Virus record (IMG/VR): IMGVR_UViG_3300038492_000241
Coordinates: 1 to 40,602 of that record
Length of the DNA: 40,602 nt
Strand: one strand, 5' to 3'
Source: a virus
Lineage: Duplodnaviria > Caudoviricetes
The notes under the pieces were generated by a model, which was not told the origin of the DNA, did no database searches, and saw only the letters and a list, made by a program, of their open reading frames with translations. Made by a program: the position numbers and the translations under genes. Below are positions 1 to 8,431 of this stretch, piece by piece (the first letter of the stretch is position 1; each line of letters begins with the position of its first letter).

Positions 1-17
1 GTTTCCCAGTCACGATC
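1..17 (+). other. Random-amplification (SISPA / 'primer A') tag, technical artefact
   Basis: GTTTCCCAGTCACGATC is the fixed part of the widely used primer A for random viral amplification; its reverse complement ends the contig. Confidence 0.95.
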
Positions 18-20
18 GGG

Positions 21-309
21 GGGTGCTAACTTGTGGGGTGCTAACTTGCAGGGTGCTAACTTGCGGAATGCTGACTTGCGGAATGCTGACTTGCGGGGTG
101 CTGACTTGTGGGGTGCTAACTTGTGGGGTGCTAACTTGTGGGGTGCTAACTTGCAGGGTGCTAACTTGCGGAATGCTGACTTGCGGAATGCTGACTTGCG
201 GGGTGCTAACTTGTGGGGTGCTGACTTGTATGGTGCTGACTTGCGGAATGCTGACTTGCGGGGTGCTGACTTGTGGGGTGCTAACTTGCGGGGTGCTAAC
301 TTGTGGGGT
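21..309 (+). repeat. 15-bp tandem repeat GCT(A/G)ACTTG(C/T)(G/A)G(G/A)(G/A)T encoding A(N/D)Lx(G/N) pentapeptides
   Basis: About 19 units visible directly, with a 105-bp (7-unit) higher-order period. Confidence 0.97.
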
Positions 310-540
310 TGTATTGGAAATAGTATTGAAATAATTACAGTGCAGGCAGAAAAATATACAATCAATATATGTAAGCCTGAAAAAGAAATTCAGATAGGAT
401 GCGCAAGGCACTCAATTAAAGATTGGCTTGAATTTAGTGATTCTGAAATATCAGAAATGGATTTGGGTGCATTAAAATGGTGGAATGACTACAAGGAGCT
501 GATAAAAATGCATTTGAAATTAAACGGAATGGAGGTTTAA
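22..540 (+). CDS. Pentapeptide repeat protein, 3' part with C-terminal domain (DUF5758-like)
   Basis: A(N/D)Lx(G/N) repeats followed by ...[13 protein letters not shown]...[12 protein letters not shown]. Confidence 0.9.
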   Translation, partial: GANLWGANLQGANLRNADLRNADLRGADLWGANLWGANLWGANLQGANLRNADLRNADLRGANLWGADLYGADLRNADLRGADLWGANLRGANLWGCIGNSIEIITVQAEKYTINICKPEKEIQIGCARHSIKDWLEFSDSEISEMDLGALKWWNDYKELIKMHLKLNGMEV

Positions 541-542
541 GT

Positions 543-713
543 TTGACAAAAAAAGATAGTAATTTTCACAGAAAGGATAAAACGCCGGTTCAAATATGGT
601 TCAATAAAGCCGAGTATCAGAAGCTGGAATCAGTACTGAAGAAGTATCCTAAACTGAACAAATCAGAAGTTATTAAAGAGCTAATTAATAAGGAATCAGA
701 AAAATGCAAGTAG
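543..713 (+). CDS. Unannotated 56-aa ribbon-helix-helix (CopG/Arc-like) DNA-binding protein
   Basis: TTG start after GGAGGT (531-536); MTKKDSNFHRKDKTPVQIWFNKAEYQKLESVLKKYPKLNKSEVIKELINKESEKCK has the alternating beta-strand (PVQIWF), helix, then 'NKSEVIKELI' RHH pattern; fills the gap exactly. Confidence 0.7.
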   Translation: MTKKDSNFHRKDKTPVQIWFNKAEYQKLESVLKKYPKLNKSEVIKELINKESEKCK

Positions 714-946
714 AGATAATAATAAAATTTGAAGACAATACAGAGCTTGAGCAAATTTACACAAATCCTAGCGTGATAATGTTTACTGAAAAACACCTAT
801 TTTTGGTTGTTGACGGAATTGACGGAGACCTTAAGATTGGTGATTCGCTTGGAGATGATCGGGGCGAAAAAACAATATTGTCTATTCAATACAGACTAGA
901 AGGAAGGAAAGATTATAAGAATGTAGAACTACTTAGTTTGAATTAG
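704..946 (+). CDS. Hypothetical protein
   Basis: Operon-packed ORF. Confidence 0.7.
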   Translation: MQVEIIIKFEDNTELEQIYTNPSVIMFTEKHLFLVVDGIDGDLKIGDSLGDDRGEKTILSIQYRLEGRKDYKNVELLSLN

Positions 947-950
947 AAGT

Positions 951-1334
951 ATGGCTAGTAAATTAGAAATCCAGCTACTAAACCAAATAGCGTCTTGCGG
1001 CATAGAGACGCCTATACAGGAATACAGGTTTGCTGCTGAGCATGTCGGCATGGGCAAAGGAGTAAGAGATAGGCTTAAGGATGCTGGACTAAAGGACTGG
1101 AGGTTTGATTTTGCTTGGCCTGGCGAAATGTTAGCTGTAGAGGTGGAAGGGGGTGCATGGACTGGCGGGCGACATACTCGAGGTAAGGGTTTTCAGGAGG
1201 ACATACTTAAATACCACTCAGCAATGATGCTTGGATGGACTGTGTACAGATGTGAATCAAAGATAATTTCAGAACGAAAAGCATTAGAGTTTATAAAAAA
1301 ATATTTAGGAGAATGTAATGTCAAAAATGATTGA
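951..1334 (+). CDS. PD-(D/E)XK endonuclease (DUF559/Vsr-like)
   Basis: QEYRF...WRFDFAWP...LAVEVEGG...GRHTRG...D..KY..A...GWTVYR motif. Confidence 0.88.
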   Translation: MASKLEIQLLNQIASCGIETPIQEYRFAAEHVGMGKGVRDRLKDAGLKDWRFDFAWPGEMLAVEVEGGAWTGGRHTRGKGFQEDILKYHSAMMLGWTVYRCESKIISERKALEFIKKYLGECNVKND

Positions 1335-1956
1335 TAAATGCATTGAGAGAATTGGCAGATATAATGATTTGATTGGAAAAACATCTGGCTCTGCTAATAG
1401 TAATCCCGAATTCATTGAATCTCAGATTAGCGCAATAAAGGAAGAGTTATCAGAATTTTACCTAGCCGAATCATGGCATGAGCTAGAACTAGATGCATTA
1501 TGTGATATATTCGTAACCTGTGCTGGATATGTGCATATTTATGATGAAGTGAGAAGCTACGATTCATTCAACTGCTTTGTAAACGTTATGGATGTGTGCT
1601 CATATCTTTCCGTGCAGCTAAAAAAGTTAAGCTATGAAGGAATCTATAAGGCGTGCGTTTCTTATATTGATTTTATGAAGGAAAACAATTTCAGAGAATA
1701 TTATTTTGCTGATGCCTTAGTTGAAGTTTGCGACTCGAACGACTCTAAGGCTTGCATTAATTCTGAAGAAGTTAAGCAAACAATTGAGAAGTATAAGAAT
1801 ATAGGCGTAAAGATACACTTTAACGAGCTTGACGATCTATTTATGCCAATCTGCTCGGAAAGCGTTGTTGGTCTGGATGGAAAGCATTATTTCAAAGGCA
1901 AGGGGTTAAAAAGTATCAATTACAAAAAGCCTAATCTAAAAGGATTTGTAAAATGA
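1318..1956 (+). CDS. All-alpha NTP pyrophosphohydrolase (MazG/PRA-PH-like)
   Basis: EELSEF...ELDALCDIFVT...EVCDSNDSK...GKGLKSINYKKPNL motifs. Confidence 0.8.
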   Translation: MSKMIDKCIERIGRYNDLIGKTSGSANSNPEFIESQISAIKEELSEFYLAESWHELELDALCDIFVTCAGYVHIYDEVRSYDSFNCFVNVMDVCSYLSVQLKKLSYEGIYKACVSYIDFMKENNFREYYFADALVEVCDSNDSKACINSEEVKQTIEKYKNIGVKIHFNELDDLFMPICSESVVGLDGKHYFKGKGLKSINYKKPNLKGFVK

Positions 1957-2216
1957 TCGAAGTCATGCTTTCAAAGAATATAGAGTATATAAGAGACAGG
2001 ACTAACTGGGAGGACGCTTATAACAGTTATGAGGTGATGTACAGGGTTGGAGTTAGCGAGATTTATTACGTTGATGGTAATGAAGACATATTTGATTCTT
2101 ACTCAATGATCGTTGATGATGATACAGAGCAGGCTACAGAGCTAAGAACTCTAATCTTAAATATGGAGAACGGTGAATATGAAAATAAATCAAAAATCCT
2201 GTCCGTGTTGCGGTAA
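1953..2216 (+). CDS. Hypothetical acidic protein
   Basis: ATGA-coupled to the previous gene. Confidence 0.7.
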   Translation: MIEVMLSKNIEYIRDRTNWEDAYNSYEVMYRVGVSEIYYVDGNEDIFDSYSMIVDDDTEQATELRTLILNMENGEYENKSKILSVLR

Positions 2217-2424
2217 AAAAAGTCTGGTACCTGTATTTAAGTATAGAGATGAAGAGATAAACATAATAACAACCTGCTCTAACTGTCTTAGCTCCACTTC
2301 ATTTTCAGCATTAGAAAGCTTTTTTTCCTGGCAGGAGAGTATTGAAAAATCTTACAACGATTGGTGCGAAGAAATCGCTAGAACAGAAGAAGCTAGAGAG
2401 GAAGCTAGAAATGGAAGAATTTAA
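2173..2424 (+). CDS. Zn-finger protein, Lar (restriction alleviation)-like
   Basis: KSCPCCG...CSNC...A...W pattern. Confidence 0.5.
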   Translation: MNMKINQKSCPCCGKKSLVPVFKYRDEEINIITTCSNCLSSTSFSALESFFSWQESIEKSYNDWCEEIARTEEAREEARNGRI

Positions 2425-2908
2425 AGCAGCTGAAAGCCCATTGCGCTGGGCGGCTAGAGCATGCTCAGTAAACGATTTTCTTTTATCTGATATATTTGTA
2501 AAGGATGGTCGCGCATATGCTTGCGATAGATTTACAATTCATAAGTGTGATACGTCACTAAAGGACGGGCTTCATGATCCGTATTGTCTTGAGCCAGTCA
2601 CTGGAGTTATAAAAGGAAAATACCCGCTATCAGATATTAATAAGCTGTTATATAAGCAGGGGGATGAGTTTGATTACGAGAATGATCCGTATGTGTATAA
2701 ACATATCAGCTTGTACAATATAAAAGATAATTACTATTGTAGTTATTTTATAGATAGAGCGATTAACGGTTTAAAGCTAATAAGCATTAAATCTTGCAAA
2801 ACTGACAATGGCGGCATGATTATAGGAAGGCATGAGTTTGGAGAATTCGCTGTAATGTCATACGACAGGAAGTCGATAAAAGAAGAGGATCTCAAGAAGG
2901 CAAGCTAG
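2411..2908 (+). CDS. Hypothetical protein (start probably 2411)
   Basis: ORF track 2342-2908; ATG 2411 minimises overlap with the upstream gene. Confidence 0.7.
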   Translation: MEEFKAAESPLRWAARACSVNDFLLSDIFVKDGRAYACDRFTIHKCDTSLKDGLHDPYCLEPVTGVIKGKYPLSDINKLLYKQGDEFDYENDPYVYKHISLYNIKDNYYCSYFIDRAINGLKLISIKSCKTDNGGMIIGRHEFGEFAVMSYDRKSIKEEDLKKAS

Positions 2909-2912
2909 TAGA

Positions 2913-2929
2913 AGGCCCTTCAAGGGCCT
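2913..2929. terminator. Hairpin between converging operons
   Basis: AGGCCCT-tca-AGGGCCT at the junction of convergent stop codons. Confidence 0.6.
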
Positions 2930-3308
2930 ATTTCTTAAGCGAGTTAATCATTCCATTGGCAAAGTAGAAACTAAGTATTAATGAATAGGGCATCGCTATC
3001 ACGTCTTTGAAAAATGAATAGATAGAGCCTGCAAAGTTAACAGCCCCATCTATATCCATCATCCATCCTATGCCGCTAAATACTAACCAGGATAGTATAA
3101 GTAGGGCCCACCCAAACACTGTCACAGCTGCAATTAAACGCCTCATTGGTGATTGATGCTTTGTGGCACTCATATAATCTAGAACGAATTGGGCTTTTTC
3201 CTTGTCGCTCATCTCATCTACATTCGTTATTTTTCTCACTACATCAATGGCTGTATCGGTTACCTTGCTTGATGAAAATAAGCCGCTTAGTATTGATAAT
3301 ATAGACAT
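2928..3308 (-). CDS. Holin-like membrane protein (3TM/GTA-holin-like)
   Basis: Amphipathic N-terminus, 'SPMRRLIA' motif, hydrophobic helices and FYF near the C-terminus; last gene of the late operon. Confidence 0.65.
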   Translation of the reverse strand: MSILSILSGLFSSSKVTDTAIDVVRKITNVDEMSDKEKAQFVLDYMSATKHQSPMRRLIAAVTVFGWALLILSWLVFSGIGWMMDIDGAVNFAGSIYSFFKDVIAMPYSLILSFYFANGMINSLKK

Positions 3309-3310
3309 AA

Positions 3311-5182
3311 TTACGTATCCGTTGCTATGGTTTTAACTGTTCCGTCACCAAATTTTATCTTGAAATCACCGTCTGTATCTATATACAGGTGAGCAACTCC
3401 GGCCACTGTGTCAGGCGCTCCAGTTGCGGTGCTGTCCTCTATCCTAAGAGTTAAGTTTTTGTTTATATCGTATATACTCCACTCACTCTTAACGGCGTTT
3501 GAAATATTGTAAAGTGTACCTGTTCCAGTGAAAGACCTAACCTCAACTAGTAGGTTTGTTGGAGTGCCTGTTGCCGTAAATCCGCTCTGACCTGTTTCGC
3601 CGCTAATAGCGCCTAGGTCAAGCTTTCTAAGAATGCTGCCTGTCGCATTTGCTGTTAAATCTATTGCGGCGTTTGCTGCTCCCCAAAATTCAGCTATCAC
3701 CCCATCAAGGTTACATCTAGCATCAAGCAGGTAAGGCCTGTCCGTTATGCTCGAAAATCTTAGCCGACTCATATCCACCTTGGAGCCTGTATCTGGATAC
3801 AAGCCAAGCGCGGCTGAGCTACCCGTGAAATTAGATCCAGTAACCCTAGCATCCGCCTTAATTCTTAAGCTGGTGCCGCCTCCAGCACCTGCTGCTGTAA
3901 CATTGACAAATTCAACCTCACATACCTCGCGCTGACCAAGTAGGGCACCGTCTCTAACCTCACCATCCACTACCACTGTGTCAACAGAGTTGTTACTAAC
4001 GCTGAAAAATGAGTTAGTTACTTTTGCTCTTCTTAGGCCGCCCTTGGCGTCACCGATATAGAAGAACCCAGCAGCAGCATTAGAGTTTTTTACACGGATA
4101 TTGTCCATGAATAGGTCATCGCAACCCGCAGCAGCAAAACCGCCCAAAGTTCCGCCGTCAGCGTTTATATTTAGAAATTTTATATTTGTAGGATTTGTTC
4201 CAACGTTTTGTATTTCTACGCCAAAGTTGACAAATGCGGAAGTAACTACATCGCAATCCATGATTGTGATATCAGCTATGGTATTACCAAATACTAAAAT
4301 ACCGTTAGTTGGCGAGTTGTTCGCATTTATGTTGTATACACTACATTTACTAGCACCCTCTTTTATTAGCACCGGGCATCCGGTATTGCCGGCACCAAAC
4401 GAGCCATTTAAGTTGCTGCTATTAGAGTCAACCGTTCCGTTATAGAAATGAACATTTGCCGCGCCAATTTCTACTAAACTTTCTGTAGTAGGGAAGTCTG
4501 GGTCAGCCTTGATAGTGGAGCCATTAAGATCAACCCTTGTGTTAGCTGGGATGTCTATTTTTGCATTAATCTTGTAGGTCTTACCCTTCGATCCTTTGCA
4601 CATTCTTGAAAAAGCAATGCAATTATTTATAGCTGTAGCGTCATTGGCTATAAAATCACCCTTAGCGCCAAACATCTCAAATGATACTTCACTAGGGAAT
4701 AGCTGCTTCGCTTGCAGAGGCAAAGTATCGTGATCAATAAATGACCCGCCATCATCTGCTCCTGTACCAGAGGCCACCCATTCAAAATAGAGAACGCCCG
4801 AGTTATGATCTGTTGCGTAATCAAGGACTATGGCTGTATTTCCTAGTCTAGCGCCAGTGTCAGCAGTCATTAATGCTACCGTGCCGTATGAAACAGAAAA
4901 TGCTGAAGTGAATGCCGCAACGGGGTCGGCTTCCCAGATCTGGACGTCATTTTTGTCTTTTAGCTGAACTTTGTATCTATCTGTATCGGGTATCCATATA
5001 TCAGGAAATAGGCCATTAGCATCGGCTATAACAGGGTTGGAGTTAGCAATAGTCAACGCCTCGTTTGTGAATGTATCTTTTGGCGTGCTAGTGCCAGACT
5101 CAAAAAAGAATAGTTTAGCTCCGTCAAACGGGCTAATGCCTGGCCCTACATCCGCGAATGGTGGTACAAATCTAGAAGCCAT
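3311..5182 (-). CDS. Tailspike / receptor-binding protein with beta-helix (pectate-lyase-like) domain
   Basis: N-terminal particle-binding domain (GAKLFFFESGTSTPKDTF...NPVIADANG), FGAKGD..NDATAIN beta-helix cap, G/N/T-rich repeats. Confidence 0.88.
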   Translation of the reverse strand: MASRFVPPFADVGPGISPFDGAKLFFFESGTSTPKDTFTNEALTIANSNPVIADANGLFPDIWIPDTDRYKVQLKDKNDVQIWEADPVAAFTSAFSVSYGTVALMTADTGARLGNTAIVLDYATDHNSGVLYFEWVASGTGADDGGSFIDHDTLPLQAKQLFPSEVSFEMFGAKGDFIANDATAINNCIAFSRMCKGSKGKTYKINAKIDIPANTRVDLNGSTIKADPDFPTTESLVEIGAANVHFYNGTVDSNSSNLNGSFGAGNTGCPVLIKEGASKCSVYNINANNSPTNGILVFGNTIADITIMDCDVVTSAFVNFGVEIQNVGTNPTNIKFLNINADGGTLGGFAAAGCDDLFMDNIRVKNSNAAAGFFYIGDAKGGLRRAKVTNSFFSVSNNSVDTVVVDGEVRDGALLGQREVCEVEFVNVTAAGAGGGTSLRIKADARVTGSNFTGSSAALGLYPDTGSKVDMSRLRFSSITDRPYLLDARCNLDGVIAEFWGAANAAIDLTANATGSILRKLDLGAISGETGQSGFTATGTPTNLLVEVRSFTGTGTLYNISNAVKSEWSIYDINKNLTLRIEDSTATGAPDTVAGVAHLYIDTDGDFKIKFGDGTVKTIATDT

Positions 5183-5276
5183 TTCAAGCCCTCTGTTAGT
5201 TATTAATAGTTAACTTGATTATACATTTTATCGATAAGGAGCGTAAATTTAAAACATGAATGCAATGAGAAATGAT

Positions 5277-5309
5277 TTGATTAATCCTTATCGCAGTTAT
5301 ATCATGACG
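5277..5309 (+). promoter_or_regulatory. Sigma70-type promoter of the HNH-AP2 gene with ATCATGACG motif over the -10
   Basis: TTGATT-17nt-TATCAT; ATCATGACG at 5301-5309. Confidence 0.5.
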
Positions 5310-5333
5310 CAAAACAAAGAAAGGCGGCTAAGA

Positions 5334-6356
5334 ATGCTAACTAGAGAAAACCTGAAAGAATATATAAATTACGATCCTGGCACGGGAAAGATGGTTTGGA
5401 TAAAAAAAGGTCGCGGCTTAACTTTAGGAAAAGAAGTTGGCTCTATAACTTGTGGCGATAATGGCTACTATTACAGAAGAATGAAATTCGAAGGAAGAAT
5501 GGTTGCAGCGCATAGAGTTATTTGGCTGTATATGACAGGGGAATACCCCGAGATGCTAGTTGAGCATGTAGATAAAGACACCTTAAATAATAAATGGTGC
5601 AACCTGAGGCTTACTAGTATGTCAAAAAGATGCTCAAAGTCGGTCATTCCAAAAAATAACAAAACAGAAATTGCCGGAGTAAGCTTTAATAAAAAAGGAA
5701 AGGCATGGAGGGCTTCTATTTCGGTTGGCAAGAAGGCAATATACCTTGGTATTTACAAGGATTTCTTTGAGGCTTGTTGTGCCAGGAAGTCTGCTGAGGC
5801 TAGATATCATAACCAAAGAAAAGAATTACCAATGATTACCTATGAGAATCTTAGAGAGCATGTTCATTATGACCCTATAACAGGTGATCTAACTTGGATA
5901 AAGAGGCCGGCTTCAAGAAGCATAACAAAAATTGGCTCTGTTGCCGGATATGTAAAAAGAACAAAGAATAGAAAATCATCTTACTTGCAGATTAGAATAA
6001 ATGGCGTATTTACATACGTTCATCGGGTTATTTGGTTCTATATGACCGGCGAGCTACCTACTCAAGTTTATCATATTGATGGAAATGGCTTGAATAACCG
6101 ATGGGAAAACCTAAAAAGCGGGCATTCTAATGCAGGCTTTAGAGGCAATAATCTATATAAGAGTAATACAAGCGGCGTAGCTGGTGTTAATTATATGGAA
6201 AAAGATAAACTTTGGGTTGCAAGAATTGGAGTCGGAAAAAGTAGAAAATACTTAGGATGCTTTAAAGATTTTGAAGAAGCATGTAGAGTTAGAAGGGAGG
6301 CTGAAGCAAAATACGGATATCACGAGAACCACGGAAGGATTGACAGCAATGACTAA
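5334..6356 (+). CDS. Tandem HNH-AP2 / HNH-AP2 protein (homing-endonuclease-derived; start probably 5334)
   Basis: Two copies of YDP.TG...W...HRVIW.YMTGE.P...H.D...NN.W.NL followed by AP2-like GV....W.A.I......YLG.(F/Y)..FEEAC..R..AE. Confidence 0.88.
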   Translation: MLTRENLKEYINYDPGTGKMVWIKKGRGLTLGKEVGSITCGDNGYYYRRMKFEGRMVAAHRVIWLYMTGEYPEMLVEHVDKDTLNNKWCNLRLTSMSKRCSKSVIPKNNKTEIAGVSFNKKGKAWRASISVGKKAIYLGIYKDFFEACCARKSAEARYHNQRKELPMITYENLREHVHYDPITGDLTWIKRPASRSITKIGSVAGYVKRTKNRKSSYLQIRINGVFTYVHRVIWFYMTGELPTQVYHIDGNGLNNRWENLKSGHSNAGFRGNNLYKSNTSGVAGVNYMEKDKLWVARIGVGKSRKYLGCFKDFEEACRVRREAEAKYGYHENHGRIDSND

Positions 6357-6549
6357 CATAATCACTGCCGCCATATATATCGCTATTATGGTGTTTGCGA
6401 ATCGCCATTTTGAGCAGCTAAAATCACTGGAACCAGCTTATTTAATATGCTTTTTTCTTGCCTGCTTCCTTGCCGGACACGTCCTAGCCTGGCTAGCAGA
6501 TTACGAACGACGGCGGATTCGTAAGCTCTGGAAAATCCCCCAACAGTAG
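6349..6549 (+). CDS. Possible 66-aa two-TM protein antisense to the end of the ejection gene
   Basis: ATG overlaps the HNH-AP2 stop region; two hydrophobic stretches and a basic tail. Confidence 0.35.
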   Translation: MTNIITAAIYIAIMVFANRHFEQLKSLEPAYLICFFLACFLAGHVLAWLADYERRRIRKLWKIPQQ

Positions 6550-8431
6550 TTGCCGTGATTAATGAAGCTAAAGGAGCTACTCCAGCTCCAGCACCTGCAG
6601 CTATTGCTGCTATTGATTGGCCTGTAGGAGTTACGACGCCGGCCTCCTGAGCACGCTTAGTTGCCATTAAAACCTTTCTCAGCCCTTCAAGCCTTTCACC
6701 TTCCGCTCCTTTGAAAAATATATCTGTCTGCTTTTTAAGCCTAGTCAACTCATTAGCAAATCGAGTAGGGTTGATATTCTCGACTCCTCCAGCTTTTTCA
6801 ATTGATCGCATTATTAGAGCTGATCTTGCCGCAGTCTTACCCTCTTTAGTAAGTTTACTATGTAGTAATTTTACCTCTGACGGTTTTCTGCTGAATAGCA
6901 TTGTTTCTGCGGCTTCTGGCGTAATCTCTCCTCTATCAAGCACGTTTTTGAGTCTAGATTTGGTTAATTTTCTTGCTTCTTGAGAATAAATTAAATCATC
7001 TTCTTTATATCTGGCCAGCCCCTTCTTGCCTTCATTTTGCCTTACAAACTTATCTAGGTCTTTCGACATTGCCTGTCTTACTTTATTTAGCTGGCTTTTG
7101 CTAAAGCTTGGAAGCTGCGATCTAACTAATGGGTCCGCCGACTCTGCTAACTCTCTTACCGAAGTTCGATTGGATCGAAGCAATCTAAATGATTGAGGGT
7201 TTTCAGTAATAATCTGCTTTATGTTTTCTAATTCGCCAATAGTCGCGTCATCAGTAATTTTTCCAGGCTGTTTTAATTTAGCTAAAGAATCGTCTATTGC
7301 TTTCAAAGTATTGCTTGTATCAACCTCACCAAGATCATCCATCTTATTTATTGTACTTTCTATTCTAGAACCGGCCGCCTTTTTAACTCTGTCAGCTTTA
7401 GCTGCAAGGCTTTTAACAATCTGATCATCACTAACAGCAGGTAATGAATTAGCTAAATCGATAACTGCTTTCTCCCTAGCTGATGACTGAGATGCTCTCA
7501 ATCCGCCAGTGCCTAACACAGGAATACGCTCACCTAGCTGCCTAGCCAGTCCTCCAACAATACCTTTTGGGGGTGCTATATCAGTCGTTAATACTGGGAT
7601 ATCTGTTTCTCTGCCTGCCTCAACAATTTCTTGAGCCTCTGTTTTAGCTACTTGCTCCACAGGTGCGGCCTGAGGAATTCCTGCCTGCCTGGAAGCCCTT
7701 ACTGCTGCTGGTAACTCGGCAGCACCGCCCAAAGCCGCTGAGAGAGCTATATCTCCAATTTGGCCACCTAGCTCTTGCTTTGACCCAGCAATCTGTTGAG
7801 CGGCTTCTATGCCTGCCTGAGTAGCCCCTGAAGTAAGCGCTCCACCAGCTACTCTGGCCGCTGGAGTTGTAAGCGCACTTGTCGCTCTTGCCGCTGGTGT
7901 AAAAGCTGCTGCTAATCCTAAGCCCTGCATTAAATCCATTTTGCTAAAGCCTGGCTTGTTAATAACTACCTGGGTGCCGGTACGATTGTTAGCTGCTATT
8001 AAATTACCTTTCTCGTCTTGGGATATCCCAATATTAGGGAAATTAGACTTAAGAATATCAGCCACTTCGCTTGGATTGGTTGCAGTTAATAGTGCAGGAG
8101 TTATGGCTGCACCTTTTGTCTGATCTTCTCCAGCGAGTAAACCGCCTTGACCAAGCTCTGGAAGCTCTCTAGTCGCTCTTGTCTCTCTATCTTCACCAGT
8201 TACAAACTCCCTGATAGCCTGCCCAGCGCCAAGAATAGCTTGACCTGCTTGCTGTATAAAGCCTGATTCTTCTTGCGGCTGCTGTTGAACTTGCTGAGGC
8301 TGTTGCTGGGATTGCTGCTGCCTAATAGCTCTAGCCTCTGCAATCAAGCTTCCACTGCCAGGCTGTTGCGTTGGTGAAGGCTGCTGCTGCCCTGCTTTTA
8401 TTGCTCGCGCCTCTTCTAATAAACTAGCCAT
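6386..8431 (-). CDS. DNA ejection/transfer protein (P22 gp16-like)
   Basis: Position, size, A/Q/G-rich N-terminus, 'QDEKGN.I...INKPG.S..D' and 'RAYES..VRN.L.RL' motifs typical of gp16-like proteins. Confidence 0.8.
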   Translation of the reverse strand: MASLLEEARAIKAGQQQPSPTQQPGSGSLIAEARAIRQQQSQQQPQQVQQQPQEESGFIQQAGQAILGAGQAIREFVTGEDRETRATRELPELGQGGLLAGEDQTKGAAITPALLTATNPSEVADILKSNFPNIGISQDEKGNLIAANNRTGTQVVINKPGFSKMDLMQGLGLAAAFTPAARATSALTTPAARVAGGALTSGATQAGIEAAQQIAGSKQELGGQIGDIALSAALGGAAELPAAVRASRQAGIPQAAPVEQVAKTEAQEIVEAGRETDIPVLTTDIAPPKGIVGGLARQLGERIPVLGTGGLRASQSSAREKAVIDLANSLPAVSDDQIVKSLAAKADRVKKAAGSRIESTINKMDDLGEVDTSNTLKAIDDSLAKLKQPGKITDDATIGELENIKQIITENPQSFRLLRSNRTSVRELAESADPLVRSQLPSFSKSQLNKVRQAMSKDLDKFVRQNEGKKGLARYKEDDLIYSQEARKLTKSRLKNVLDRGEITPEAAETMLFSRKPSEVKLLHSKLTKEGKTAARSALIMRSIEKAGGVENINPTRFANELTRLKKQTDIFFKGAEGERLEGLRKVLMATKRAQEAGVVTPTGQSIAAIAAGAGAGVAPLASLITATTVGGFSRAYESAVVRNLLARLGRVRQGSRQEKSILNKLVPVILAAQNGDSQTP

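Noticed and set aside
21-309. Repeat array as a CRISPR
   Set aside because: Contiguous 15-bp units with no spacers, in-frame coding, and no cas genes
10-411. ORFs 10-411(-) (PQVST repeats) and 23-334(+) (LTCGV repeats)
   Set aside because: Shadow frames of the stop-free pentapeptide repeat
3311-5182. Diversity-generating retroelement acting on the tailspike
   Set aside because: No reverse transcriptase and no template/variable repeat pair seen
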